Positions 1 to 12,600 of a stretch of DNA of 64,000 bases are shown in pieces. The first letter of the stretch is position 1. Each line of letters starts with the position of its first letter. The stretch is from Laetmonice hystrix (taxonomy: Eukaryota). Made by a program: the position numbers and the translations under genes. The stretch is from NCBI GenBank assembly GCA_965235115.1, contig OZ249436.1, positions 3,660,001-3,724,000 of the forward strand, read 5' to 3'. Below the pieces are notes generated by a model. That model was not told the DNA's origin and did not search any database. It saw only the letters and a program-made list of their open reading frames with translations.

Positions 1-961
1 GGGGAGTGAACAGAATGCTGTAGAGCAGCTGGAGCAGCGCATTCTGATGGTAGGATAGCTTCCCATTATGTGGTGAATGATTCACGAGGGGAGTGAACAG
101 AATGCTGTAGAGCAGCTGGAGCAGCGCATTCTGATGGTAGGATAGCTTCCCATTATGTGGTGAATGATTCACGAGGGGAGTGAACAGAATGCTGTAGAGC
201 AGCTGGAGCAGTGCATTCTGATGGTAGGATAGCTTCCCATTATGTGGTGAATGATTCACGAGGGGAGTGAACAGAATGCTGTAGAGCAGCTGGAGCAGCG
301 CATTCTGATGGTAGGATAGCTTCCCATTATGTGGTGAATGATTCACGAGGGGAGTGAACAGAATGCTGTAGAGCAGCTGGAGCAGCGCATTCTGATGGTA
401 AGATAGCTTCCCATTATGTGGTGAATGATTCACGAGGGGAGTGAACAGAATGCTGTAGAGCAGCTGGAGCAGCGCATTCTGATGGTAGGATAGCTTCCCA
501 TTATGTGGTGAATGATTCACGAGGGGAGTGAACAGAATGCTGTAGAGCAGCTGGAGCAGCGCATTCTGATGGTAGGATAGCTTCCCATTATGTGGTGAAT
601 GATTCACGAGGGGAGTGAACAGAATGCTGTAGAGCAGCTGGAGCAGCGCATTCTGATGGTAGGATAGCTTCCCATTATGTGGTGAATGATTCACGAGGGG
701 AGTGAACAGAATGCTGTAGAGCAGCTGGAGCAGCGCATTCTGATGGTAGGATAGCTTCCCATTATGTGGTGAATGATTCACGAGGGGAGTGAACAGAATG
801 CTGTAGAGCAGCTGGAGCAGCGCATTTTGATGGTATGATAGCTTCCCATTATGTGGTGAATGATTCACGAGGGGAGTGAACAGAATGCTGTAGAGCAGCT
901 GGAGCAGCGCATTCTGATGGTAGGATAGCTTCCCATTATGTGGTGAATGATTCACGAGGGG
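1..961 (+). repeat. 87-bp tandem array, at least 11 copies: SNX8 exon end, 5' splice site and intron start
   Basis: Unit ggggagtgaacagaatgctgtagagcagctggagcagcgcattctgatg|gtaggatagcttcccattatgtggtgaatgattcacga, period 87, runs off the left edge of the window. Confidence 0.97.
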
Positions 962-1361
962 TTTACTTTTGTAAAAAAAAATGTACAAATCCTGTATGCC
1001 AGAAGAAAAATGAAGGTCAAGCTTTTCTTCATCTATTATTTATGGCTTACGGCCTTACAGTGATAAAGTATAAAATGATACTAGTTCCCTGCTACTACCG
1101 GTAGTTTCATTAGTTGCTGGTAAGAATTTTAGGTATACATGAACCTCTACCTATGCTGGACCAAAGATTGGGTTTGCAGGTAAGGCCTTATGCAATCAAA
1201 AATTACTAGAGGACAGTCCAGGTTTCCAAATGCCCATATCATGAAAAGCATATTTCTATTAGTTAAAAACGTTGCCTGCTTCTCAAAGAGGCAGGCAACT
1301 ATTCTGCCTCTTTTCTTCGATTACTGCCTGCCCTTGCTGGGTATTGTATGGTGCTGGCATT

Positions 1362-1834
1362 TGTATTATTATTCAGGTCTACAGTGTGAGTGGTCGGAAC
1401 AGCCAAGGTTCATGTATTATTATTCAGGTCTACAGCGTGAGTGGTCGGAACAGCCAAGCCAAGGTTCATGTATTATTATTCAGGTCTACAGTGTGAGTGG
1501 TCGGAACGGCCAAGGTTCATGTATTATTATTATTCAGGTCTACAGTGTGAGTGGTCGGAACAGCCAAAGTTTATGTATTATTATTATTCAGGTCTACAGT
1601 GTGAGTGGTCAGAACAGCCAAGGTTCATGTATTATTATTCAGGTCTACAGCGTGAGTGGTCGGAACAGCCAAGGTTCATGTATTATTATTCAGGTCTACA
1701 GTGTGAGTGGTCGGAACGGCCAAGGTTCATGTATTATTATTCAGGTCTACAGTGTGAGTGGTCGGAACAGCCAAGGTTCATGTATTATTATTCAGGTCTA
1801 CAGCGTGAGTGGTTGGAATGGCCAAAGCTCATGC
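1362..1834 (+). repeat. 51-56-bp tandem array, 9 copies, in an SNX8 intron
   Basis: Unit tattattattcaggtctacagYgtgagtggtcggaacagccaaggttcatg. Confidence 0.95.
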
Positions 1835-1855
1835 GTTTTTTCTTCTTTCTTGCAG

Positions 1856-3279
1856 CAAGAGAGTGAGATCTCGAACATAGAGACCCGGAACTACTTTTCC
1901 CTGCATTGTGTTCAGATGGAGACACAGCTAATCCATGCGAACCTGGAGAGTCTCTACAATGCTCTCAGCTCTATGGCTAATGATGAGGCCAAGTCACACT
2001 CAGAGGTAATCCATACTACATAGCTGTCTCCCAGATATATGGCAAGCCGTATTAACATATACAGTGGTCCCCCTCATAAGCGACCACCCCTGCTGCAGAG
2101 AGAAAGTGGTCGCTAGTGGCGGGTGGTCGCCTAAACGAGGGGTTGTTAAGTACGCATGGTTACCACCAGGTGGCTACATATGAGATAACTACACACCGTT
2201 AACACTAGGTGGCGACTTCTCAGTTAGAGGGAGGGGACAAAGAGGGGGGCACGTATGGAGTTATTCTTGCCAAATAACCCCCCCCCCCCCACATGACAAC
2301 ATGACACAGTTTCAGTTTAGAGAGATATATAGAGCATATATGTAGGAAATCGTACTCTGCACCTGTGTATACATGAGTCTGGTTTGCCTCAGACATTTTG
2401 TTGCTTCAATCAGCCAGTTGGTGACATACCGTTTTTTCAACAGGCATGGTAGTAGGAGGGGGAGCAAAACTGTTAGCTTAATGTGTGATGGAAGCCTGGC
2501 GGGGAAGGTTAGAGGCTGCTGGGGCCGTGTGATGGAAGTCGGGCGGGTAAGGTGAGACACGTGGCCGGCCATTGTGGGATGGAAGTAGGTTGGGGGGGGG
2601 GGGGGGGAGGGAGGTGTTGGTGTTGGGTCAGCAGGGTGCCAGGCAGGCAGGCATGGGGAGACAACAGTGTTATGACTAGCCACGGCTGGCTGATTCTCAA
2701 AGGCTGGTCGCTGATAAGGGGTGACCGGTGGAGTTGATGCAGGGATATGCCGGTCGCTGGTCGTTAGTGCCGGGTGGTCGCTTATAAGGGTGGAATTATA
2801 GTGTGAAGTGGTTAATGCAATGGAAATGTGGTCGCTAGAGGCGGGTGGTCGCTTATAAGGGGTGGTCTTTAAGAGGGGGACCACTGTATTCCGGAATTTG
2901 TGATATCTCTAATTCTTTTCTTGATATCACTAATTCATTTAGCGATATCTACAAGTACAGAAATAGAATTGGAGATATTAGAAATAGAATATATCCAATG
3001 CTTTTCATTTTTGATAATAATTACGGTCAAACAAATGTCTGAGATGAACCATCTGGCATCAGATGATCATGTATTACATACGTTGAGAAGACTTTGATAA
3101 TGTTTTGAGTTCAAGAATCCTGCCATCTATTTCAGCTGTCTGCCGTGTGGGAACAAATGAAACCGATCATCTCGCACATCTTGCCAGCAGACCACATGAA
3201 TGGTTCCATGTCTCCGACATCCATCAGAACATCCCCTCTGAGTTCACCTGTCACTGAAAAGCCAGGGATCACAGTATAA
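1856..3279 (+). CDS. SNX8: Sorting nexin-8, last two coding exons (C-terminal BAR region); gene begins upstream of the window
   Basis: Exon 1856-2005 (ttcttctttcttgcag|CAA...GAG|gtaatc, 150 nt) encodes QESEISNIETRNYFSLHCVQMETQLIHANLESL... Exon 3136-3279 (ttcag|CTG...TAA) encodes LSAVWEQMKPII...PGITV*. The preceding exon end GSEQNAVEQLEQRILM|gt appears in the repeat at 1-961. The peptide matches the SNX8 C-terminal motif as I recall it (VEQLESRI-QE-RNYFSLxC-ETQLIH). All junctions are phase 0. Confidence 0.85.
2062..2886. mobile_element. Non-autonomous Tc1/mariner (pogo-like) element
   Basis: TA|CAGTGGTCCCCCTC...GAGGGGGACCACTG|TA terminal inverted repeats with TA duplication; internal repeated GGGTGGTCGC subterminal motifs; no transposase. 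Confidence 0.8.
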
Positions 3280-4781
3280 CAAGCAGGAAAACGCCGCCGC
3301 CGCATGGTCCAGCGTCAGTATACCGGGGTAGTGGTGAGTGAGGATTCTCTCCGGCCAGCCAGAGTCTAGTGTCCAGTGAATAGTACACAACCGTCCACTT
3401 GACCTGGTAATACCTCGGACAAACACAGAGATAAACTGTTTCCTGGTCAGATTATTTTCTACCTGTGACGTAGAGGTTCAGCTGAGGTACTGGGGAGATA
3501 ATCAAGTAGTTTTTGTCCACCTGTATTTGAAGGTGGGACATTATAATCTGCCCTGGTTGGCCTTCAGGTCCATAAGTTTCATTTCTGCAATCCTGAATAC
3601 AAACACTGTGACCACAAAGTCACAGAAGACTGTAAGCTATTGTTATTATTATGACCACGGTATTTAAAGTTATTATTATGACCACGGTATTTAAGGTTCT
3701 GTTGGTTAAGAAATGCTTATTTGGGACCAAACTGATATTGGAACTTGGACACAGTTATGATGATAAGGCTGAAAAAATGGTTGCTGGTAGTAAATATCCT
3801 GAACACTAAAAAAATCACTTCTTTCATTTCTTTATCTGATATCACTGTACACATATAATTTCAAAATCAATACAAACTACCAGTACACACTTATGATTCC
3901 TAGTTGTAGGCAAGAAAACGTATGAGTCAGGCTGTGGCTTTAACTATACAATTTATAACTAATGTGCAATTTGGAATGGGCACTTCTTGAAATATATCTA
4001 ATCTTTTTATTATATATTTGAAGTATGGCGGGCCATTCTACATGTGTCGTAGAGAGGTACACTACAGCTAAAGGTGATGGCAGGAGCAAGGGTTATACAT
4101 GTGTATATGGCTTTGTATTGTTATGAGAATCCGACAGTATCCTATAATAATAGCTGTTCCTATCCCAAGTATATCCTAGTGGTGTTTAACGCAAGTCTTC
4201 CAGCACTGAAATTATTAGGGAACAGACATAAGGTTTGAGGTCTGTGGGTGATGTTAGCGATGGAATAGAATGATTTAGTTGCTAACTGAATTGTTCAAGA
4301 AGTTTATAACGACGAAGGATACTGTTTTAGTGCCAGTAATTCAAGTATAGGTGAAGGAATAATCACTGTGCTAGCCTATTGATGTGAATCAAGTCTGAGT
4401 GACTCGTGCAAAGTTTGAGACTGGATTGCCATCTATTATTTGTGGATAACTAGGAATATAATCTAACAAACAGTATTTGTGTATGACGTCATGCTGTGCC
4501 TGTAACAGAGGCACTTTACATAGAATGATATATGTTTGTATGTATATATGCCAGGTGAAAATACCTCTTGATGCCAAATTAAAATGTGATAACTGCCCTT
4601 CTGATTCAATTGCAAACTGTATATTAATTCAAGCCGCCAGATACAAATTTATTAGTCTATGATACCAGCTAGCTAATGTACAAAATCCTATTGTCGGCAA
4701 CTTGTCCGAAAACACTTCAGCAAAGCAGGGGAAGAATTTTGACAAACTTTGGTGTCAGCTGCTTATAGACACATTGCCTCG

Positions 4782-5235
4782 TTAAAGGGATGGAAAACCA
4801 TGGTTTTACGGCAAATAAGGTTTCGTAGACTGGATGAAACACCAGCATTTACCTCAGGGCAATAAATGCCACAATTACGTTGTCTGAATGAAGTAATTAA
4901 CGTGTAAACGCCCGATGTATGACGCCGCTGGTTCTGCTTGTGTGTTCATTACCTCGGACGTTTACAAACGTTGGGACTCCAAACATTGTGTAGACAAGGT
5001 CTGTGAGCAGAGTAACACGTAATGTTACGCAATACGCCACGGTGTGCAGCATTCGGCTCTGATGAACACACATGAAGGTCAAGGTCAGAACCAGCGGCGT
5101 CATACATCGGGCGTTTACACGTTAATTACTTCATTAAGACAACGCAATTGTGGCATTTATTGCCCTGAGGTAAATGCTGGTGTTCCATTTGGTCTACGAA
5201 ACCTTATTTGCCGTGGGTGTTGTCCCTGCCTTTAA
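4782..5235. mobile_element. Foldback MITE, Kolobok/T2-like (TTAA-AGG...CCT-TTAA)
   Basis: About 125-bp imperfect inverted arms (acggcaaataaggtttcgtagac...gacgccgctggttctg versus its reverse complement), bounded by TTAA on both sides. Confidence 0.75.
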
Positions 5236-6451
5236 TTTCCCAAAATGGTATTAAAATTTCAGTGGTGTGTAGAATTATGAGTTATAAGGATCCATTTTAG
5301 GATCATCCAGGTAAAGAAAAATTAGTATAAAAATTCATGTTGGTGTTCTTCCGGTGGTGTGCTTAATTTCTGTGTGTAGGATGTGTGAAAACACAGTTTA
5401 ACCACAACTAGCACAGGATATTTATCCTGTGCTAACAGAATCAGAGGGAGTATTATATTGCCATTCATATCCAGTAGATTCGGTCTGCAGAACAATATAT
5501 TTTCAATATGCTCAGACTATTGCTGAAGTGCACAATGATAAACAGGGCAACAGTGAATACATTTTCCCAATACATGTACATGTACTTCATTAATGTCAAA
5601 AATATTGCATCATAATTCCAATGAAAAGTAGTTTTCCACTACCCCAAGCTTAAAGTAATCACAATATGTGTCCGAGTACATTGGTCGAATTGAAAAGGTT
5701 GTTTTCCAGGTCTATAAAGAAAGTACATGTATGTGTATCATAATGTTTTTGTAATACAAAACTCTAAGGCATACCCAGTTTCATACATTGCCATAATGGG
5801 TTGTCAGTGAAATGTGTTTGTGCGAGACAAGTATAAAGAGGCGTTGCTGTTCAGATAAATAGATTACTTAAATGTCAGAAGTCACATTTTGATGTTAATA
5901 TCCATTTCTGTTATGAAAACCGTTTATCATGTTCAGTGTTGAAGCATGTTTCGGTTGAGCCAGCAGTAGGAAGAAAATGCATGGTTTTAGAAGTATCTCG
6001 TTTTGTTACTTGTTGAAATGTAAAGTTAGATTCTGTCCCATTGTTATGAGTTAGAGGGATATTGTTTGTTTACCAAGCTCTGTTTTGTAGCAGTAATATA
6101 TCAGTTGAGTGCATGCATAGATTTTGTCTTAATGCAGGAACTAGTTGTAATCAGTGATATTGTTTCATCTTGACCGCTAAGATATTCGTAATGTTGACTG
6201 TCCTGGGCCTAAGGTTACAGCAGAGAAACATAGGTCAGTAGTTCAATGAGAAGTTATGGGCCTTGTCAACTGCCATGTATATCCTTTTCAGTTCAGCCGT
6301 TATTATATTGCTTATTCAGATATATTTGTCTATCTGTAAAGAAATATTCTCAAATTAGGCTGATAACACAATTAATAGCCATACTGACAAAAACCGTTAC
6401 TGAGGATGAAATGGTAGTAATCTGAGGTCATCCCAGGTCTTGCGTATGGGT

Positions 6452-7360
6452 CATTGTAATGTAAGAAACACAAAGCTTCTACAAGTCCATTATGTACCGA
6501 TAATACCAGTACATTGTAATGTAAGAAACACAAAGCTTCTACAAGTCCATTATGTAGCGATAATACCGGTACATGTACATTGTAATGTAAGAAACACAAA
6601 GCTTCTACAAGTCCATTATGTAGCGATAATACCGGTACATTGTAATGTAAGAAACACAAAGCTTCTACAAGTCCATTATGTACCGATAATACCGGTACAT
6701 TGTAATGTAAGAAACACAAAGCTTCTACAAGTCCATTATGTAGCGATAATACCAGTACATTGTAATGTAAGAACCACAAAGCTTCTACAAGTCCATTATG
6801 TAGCAATAATACTGGTACATTGTAATGTAAGAAACACAAAGCTTCTACAAGTCCATTATGTAGCGATAATACCAGTACATTGTAATGTAAGAAATACAAA
6901 GCTTCTACAAGTCCATTATGTAGCGATAATACCAGTACATTGTAATGTAAGAAATACAAAGCTTCTACAAGTCCATTATGTACCGATAATACCGGTACAT
7001 TGTAATGTAAGAAACACAAAGCTTCTACAAGTCCATTATGTACCGATAATACCGGTACATTGTAATGTAAGAACCACAAAGCTTCTACAAGTCCATTATG
7101 TACCGATAATACCGGTACATTGTAATGTAAGAACCACAAAGCTTCTACAAGTCCATTATGTAGCGATAATACCGGTACATTGTAATGTAAGAAACACAAA
7201 GCTTCTACAAGTCCATTATGTACCGATAATACCGGTACATTGTAATGTAAGAAACACAAAGCTTCTACAAGTCCATTATGTACCGATAATACCGGTACAT
7301 TGTAATGTAAGAAACACAAAGCTTCTACAAGTCCATTATGTACCGATAATACCGGTACAT
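6452..7360. repeat. 60-bp tandem array, about 15 copies
   Basis: Unit cattgtaatgtaagaaacacaaagcttctacaagtccattatgtaccgataataccggta; source of the spurious 315/316-aa ORFs. Confidence 0.97.
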
Positions 7361-7550
7361 TTGATTCATTTTACTGACTACAGCCCCTAAACTGTATATA
7401 CGTCCCTCCTAGCACAAAAATAACGATACTCGAGATTATCAGTATATGTATTTGGGATGATCGTCAAAGCATACATTGCACAAGGCCGTGTTGGTTACGA
7501 AGGTCGCCAAAAAACCGGGGGGGGGGGGAATTGAAAACCTAAATTTATGG

Positions 7551-7730
7551 GTGCATACTGTCGTGATGTACACACAAGAACCTGCAACCTTAGGTTATGA
7601 GTGCATACTGTCGTTATGTACACACGAGAACCTGCAACCTTAGGTTATGAGTGCATACTGTCGTTATGTACACACGAGAACCTGCAACCTTAGGTTATGA
7701 GTGCATACTGTCGTTATGTACACACGAGAA
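7551..7730. repeat. 50-bp tandem repeat, about 3.6 copies
   Basis: gtgcatactgtcg... at 7551, 7601, 7651, 7701. Confidence 0.9.
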
Positions 7731-7755
7731 ATGTATTAAGTATATATTGAGACCA

Positions 7756-7812
7756 CTGGGCCCGGTTTTTTGGTTGAGCTTAACCTCAAGCTCAACCAAA
7801 AACTGGGCCCAG
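7756..7812. mobile_element. 57-bp hairpin, Harbinger-like mini-MITE remnant
   Basis: ctgggcccggttttttggttgagctt...aagctcaaccaaaaactgggcccag; GGCCC ends with CWG flanks. Confidence 0.5.
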
Positions 7813-8655
7813 GTTACCTATCAGACCTCAGTAGCTTGTGTGTACTGGTACAGGGTAGAAAGGCCAGAGAAGCAGTGCTGATGTTCACTTAGGATTTAGT
7901 ACAGAAAAATTCACTCTGTACCTGACGTGCTGCTACTGTGCGTCGTTTTTTCCCCACTACAATAATGTAACAAATAATGTTAAAAAAAGAAGACTGATTT
8001 GTGGTATGTACAACTGAATATGTTGGGCAGAGGAGATAGTCGTGAAGTATTTGATCAACTGGTCTGCTGTTGGTACACTCCTCAGTGGGAGTGTGCGATG
8101 TACAACAGAGGTACTGACAAATATTGTTTGGTATACCCGGTACATTATGGTATAAAAAAATGCAAATCTCTGTTTTCTGTCTTTGGCTAAAAAGTTAAAT
8201 TATTGGGTTCACTTATGGAACGATGTTTGCACGTAACAGAAACCAGTCTTTGTCCAATGACTTATCTATTTTAATATTAAAATTTTGTATCCGCCATTGA
8301 ATGCTTTTGTATATATATGGCCTTACACTGAACTACATTGAATTTTACTGACCCAGGTGACAAAATTGCAAAATACTGTGAAGATGTATTTGTACATGTA
8401 GAGTTCAATGCACAGTTGTCAATAAACATTCTATAAGACACTTATAGTATCTTGTATAGAAGTTAAAAAACACCCACTCCACTCAGTCATTGGCCATATT
8501 TTAGCTGCGCCAATTTAGGAACAAAATATTGTTTATTTAGTTATTTATTTATTACATTGACCTTAAACCAATCTACGCATAGCATGGCCTATCCATCAGA
8601 GCGTCCTCCGAATAGACTTGTGTATCCATGTGGGATCATTGGAGAGTACTTGTTA

Positions 8656-8895
8656 CAGTCGAGTCTAGCCTGGTTCCCCTGCCCGCCGCTACGGTCCTTG
8701 GCGCTGATGGTCGCGCCAAGGAGCGTAACGGCGAGCAGGGGAACCACGCTCCAGTCGAGTCTAGCCTGGTTCCCCTGCCTGATGGTCGCGCCAAGGAGCG
8801 TAGCGGCGGGCAGGGGAACCAGACTACAGTCGAGTCTAGCCTGGTTCCCCTGCCCGCCGCTACGTAGGGCAGGGGAACCAGTCTACAGTCGAGTC
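8656..8895. mobile_element. Three tandem mini-TIR elements (TAGCCTGGTTCCCCTG...CAGGGGAACCAGACTA) separated by a 10-bp direct repeat; Academ-like
   Basis: CAGTCGAGTC at 8656, 8752, 8827 and 8886 flanks each palindromic unit. All units start TAG; units 2 and 3 end CTA and unit 1 has a degenerate right end. Confidence 0.6.
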
Positions 8896-9626
8896 CATTT
8901 TTATCAAAGTTGGGCATGGAAACAAATTTTGTCGTCAGCCTGGTAAAGTTGTCTCTCACCAGCGCTCCCCCTATCCTTTATGACTTCCAACCACTTTTCT
9001 TGGAGGGGAGGGGGCCCGACACCCCCCCCCCCCCCCTGCGTAATATGGAAAATAACTTTTCAAGCAATATACTAGGCCGTATGGCCCAAATTGTAATACA
9101 TGTACAGACTTTATGATTTTGTCATACCTGCCAACTGAACACAGAATTCTCAAACCATCAAAAAGACGGCACTCCCTTATTTATCAATTGCTCTCCACGT
9201 TTCCTCTCCTGACCGGCTACATTTACCCTCAAAACAAACGTCAGCACAATTTATGGGAAATTTAGCACTGATTTTGGTCATTTGGTCAATTGTGCGATTC
9301 CTATTTTGCAAGGAAGGCAGTTGACTCAACAAACCGTCCAAGGGTTGGCAGAAGTTCTACCTGGGGTGTATGTAAAGCACGACCTAATTACGCAATGCCC
9401 ATTCTATTGCTGTATATAGGTACATTCAGCTTAAACTAGCAATACTACTAGAATCTTTACTTCCAAAACTATACATTTGGTCGAGATATTATGGTTATAT
9501 TATTAGGGAAGTTTTTTATCGCTTTACTGGCACAGCTTCTTGATGTTCTAAGACCAAAAAAAGAAAACACAAATTCCATATTCCTCACAACTTCCTTTTC
9601 TTTATTTTACACTTTGAACAGTGGTT

Positions 9627-12600
9627 TTAGTGCCTGGCCATCCATGCCTTCAGTGGTCCATGCTCAGGTTTGTACTGCACGTTAACACCATCCGACACCA
9701 AGTGTCCAGATGCACGCATCTTCTCGTACTCTTCCTTCTTCCACTTCGTGAATCCCCACTTGTTGGAAGTGAAGATCTGCAAACAAAATATAAAATCTTA
9801 GCTGCATTTTGTTTGCACAGAAATATCGTGATCTAACAACCATTCTGCCCTACATTATTACCACTTGACTAGGTAGTTGGTATATATCGTGATCTAACAA
9901 CCATTCTGCCCTACATTATTACCACCTGACTAGGTAGATGGTATATATCAAGATCTCCCTACATTATTACCACCCGACTAGGTAGTTGGTATATATTGTG
10001 ATCTCACTACATTATTACCACCTGACTAGGTAGTTGGTATATATCATGATCTAACAACCATTCTGCCCTACATTATTACCACCTGACTAGGTAGTTGGTA
10101 TATATCAAGATCTCCCTACATTATTACCACCCGACTAGGTAGTTGGTATATATTGTGATCTCACTACATTATTACCACCTGACTAGGTAGTTGGTATATA
10201 TCGTGATCTAACAACCATTCTGCCCAACATTATTACCACCTGACTAGGTAGTTGGTATATATCGTGATCTAACAACCATTCTGCCCTACATTATTACCAC
10301 CTGACTAGGTAGTTGGTATATATCGTGATCTAACAACCATTCTGCCCTACATTATTACCACCTGACTAGGTAGTTGGTATATCGTGATCTAACAACCATT
10401 CTGCCCTACGTTATTACCACCTGACTAGGTAGTTGGTATATCGTGATCTAACAACCATTCTGCCCCACATTATTACCACCTGACTAGGTAGTTGGTATAT
10501 ATCGTGATCTAACAACCATTCTGCCCTACATTATTACCACCTGACTAGGTAGTTGGTATATATCGTGATCTAACAACCATTCTGCCCTACATTATTACCA
10601 CCTGACTAGGTAGATGGTATATATCATGATCTCCCTACATTATTACCACCTGACTAGGTAGATGGTATACATTCTTGCCTTAATGTATTGTTATTATAGA
10701 CTATGATGCATGCCAGTGGTCAGGTGGTATAGAAAATTCATCACAAATTAAAATATACTGATATATTCTGTCCCGCTCACCTTCTGCCTGCCAGAGAACT
10801 TGAACTTAGCCCTCCTCAGTGCCTCGATAACATGTTCCACATGGTTTTCACGCGCACGCACAGACATGATGGGCTGTCCAATGTGCACACGTGCTACAGT
10901 TCCCTGTGGCTTTCCAAAAGCACCACGCATCCCTGTCTGCAGCCTGTAAACAGAACAACCAATGAAAGCATCAGACCAAGTTACCAGGTCAACAAAGAGT
11001 AGAGCAAATAACGATTTATAAAAAATGAGATTCAATCCTCCACCTTATACCAGTATCAGTAGATTACAAACATTTTAATGAACACATGAAAAAAGGAATA
11101 GAACAAGCCTCCACAAAAATTCTGCATACCGATCAGCGCCGGCGCACGACAACATTTTGTTGATGCGGATGACATGGAAGGGATGTAGTCTCATTCGTAA
11201 GTGGAAGGCATCTTTTCCGCAGGTCTTTACAAGGTACTTGTTAGCACAAATACGGCCTGCTTCAAGCGCCTCCGACGACAGCTGTTCATACTCATCAGAC
11301 ACCAAGTGCACGCAGAGAGGGAAGTCTTCTACTCGTGCCTTCTTGCGACCCAAGTCAAAGATGCGGATCTTTGCATCTGGGACACCCCTGCAGAACCGCG
11401 ACTTGGGGTAAGGCTTGTTCTTACAGTAGCGGTAGCTGGAAATACAGAACGATACCAAACCTTGAAACACACGTAGAACAACTTCAACAATGGAATAACT
11501 CACATTTTAGTGCTGGGTATCCAGCTTTAGGTCTGTAGACCTCATGAAAATGTCTGTTCATAGTGTGGTTTGCTGGCTCACCCCAGTTCTCATGGGGTTT
11601 GAGAACTGCAGCTATTTATGCTACCATTACTTGATCTGGCACCATCGTTACCTGCCATGTGTGACACAAAACTTCACCAGGCCAAAAAAAAAAAGATGAT
11701 GCCCATTTTTAAAATGTCGTCTCATCCAAGTTGAAATAATTATGGACAGACAGACCCATTTCAACTGCAGCCAGACTTCATCTGGGTGAAGGTTAAACTA
11801 TAATAGAACTACAAAATTGCTCTTAACAACATCTGCAAGACAACTGAATCACAATTTTTAAGCCAAAAGGAACTAACAAAAGCTTCTGACCAGCTATTCA
11901 TTCAAAATTATAGTGCAATGGCACACAACACAAATTCAAAACCTGCAGGGCACTATCAATGCATTCACATGGCTCTCGAGCTAATCATAATCATACCCGA
12001 TATATGCCTAGTGACTAGTTCGTTTCACAGGCCGCACCACCCTGGGGCTCGTTTCACATCCCGCATCGCCCTGGGGCTCGTTTCACATCCCACACCCCCT
12101 GGGGCTCGTTTCACATCCCGCACCGCCCTGGGGCTCATTTCACATCCCGCACCGCCCTGGGGCTCATTTCACATCCCGCACCGCCCTGGGGCTCATTTCA
12201 CATCCCGCACCACCCTGGGGCTCGTTTCACATCCCCCACGACCCTGGGACTCGTTTCACATCCCGCACCGCCCTGGGGCTCGTTTCACATCCCGCACGAC
12301 CCTGGGACTCGTTTCACATCCCGCACGACCCTGGGACTCGTTTCACATCCCGCACCACCCTGGGACTCGTTTCACATCCCGCACCACCCTGGGACTCGTT
12401 TCACATCCCGCACCACCCTGGGACTCGTTTCACATCCCGCACCACCCTGGGACTCGTTTCACATCCCGCACCACCCTGGGACTCGTTTCACATCCCGCAG
12501 CACCCTGGGACTCGTTTCTCATCCCGCACCACCCTGTTCTTACAGTAGCGGTAGCTGGAAATACAGAACGATACCAAACCTTGAAACACACGTAGAACAA

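Noticed and set aside
1796..1855. Last 51-bp unit as the start of the SNX8 exon
   Set aside because: A much stronger acceptor lies at 1855, and SNX8 homology joins RILM directly to QESEI.
6372..7390. 315/316-aa ORFs on both strands (also those at 1190-2023, 11918-12595, 36079-37091, 38570-39286, 45739-46272)
   Set aside because: Periodic peptides from tandem repeats. Only 1856-2005 within the 1190-2023 ORF is a real exon.
8656..8895. CRISPR-like repeat/spacer look
   Set aside because: Eukaryotic context, 10-bp repeats, spacers homologous to each other and palindromic, no cas genes. The other arrays have no unique spacers.
10680..11800. Intronic snoRNA in RPL10 (vertebrate RPL10 hosts SNORA70); GTGATGA...CTGA on minus near 10720-10744 and an AGATGA-hairpin-ACA near 11723-11783
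   Set aside because: No terminal D box or stem for the first; no 5' hairpin and short pocket-to-ACA spacing for the second; no recognisable rRNA guide. An Infernal/Rfam scan would decide.
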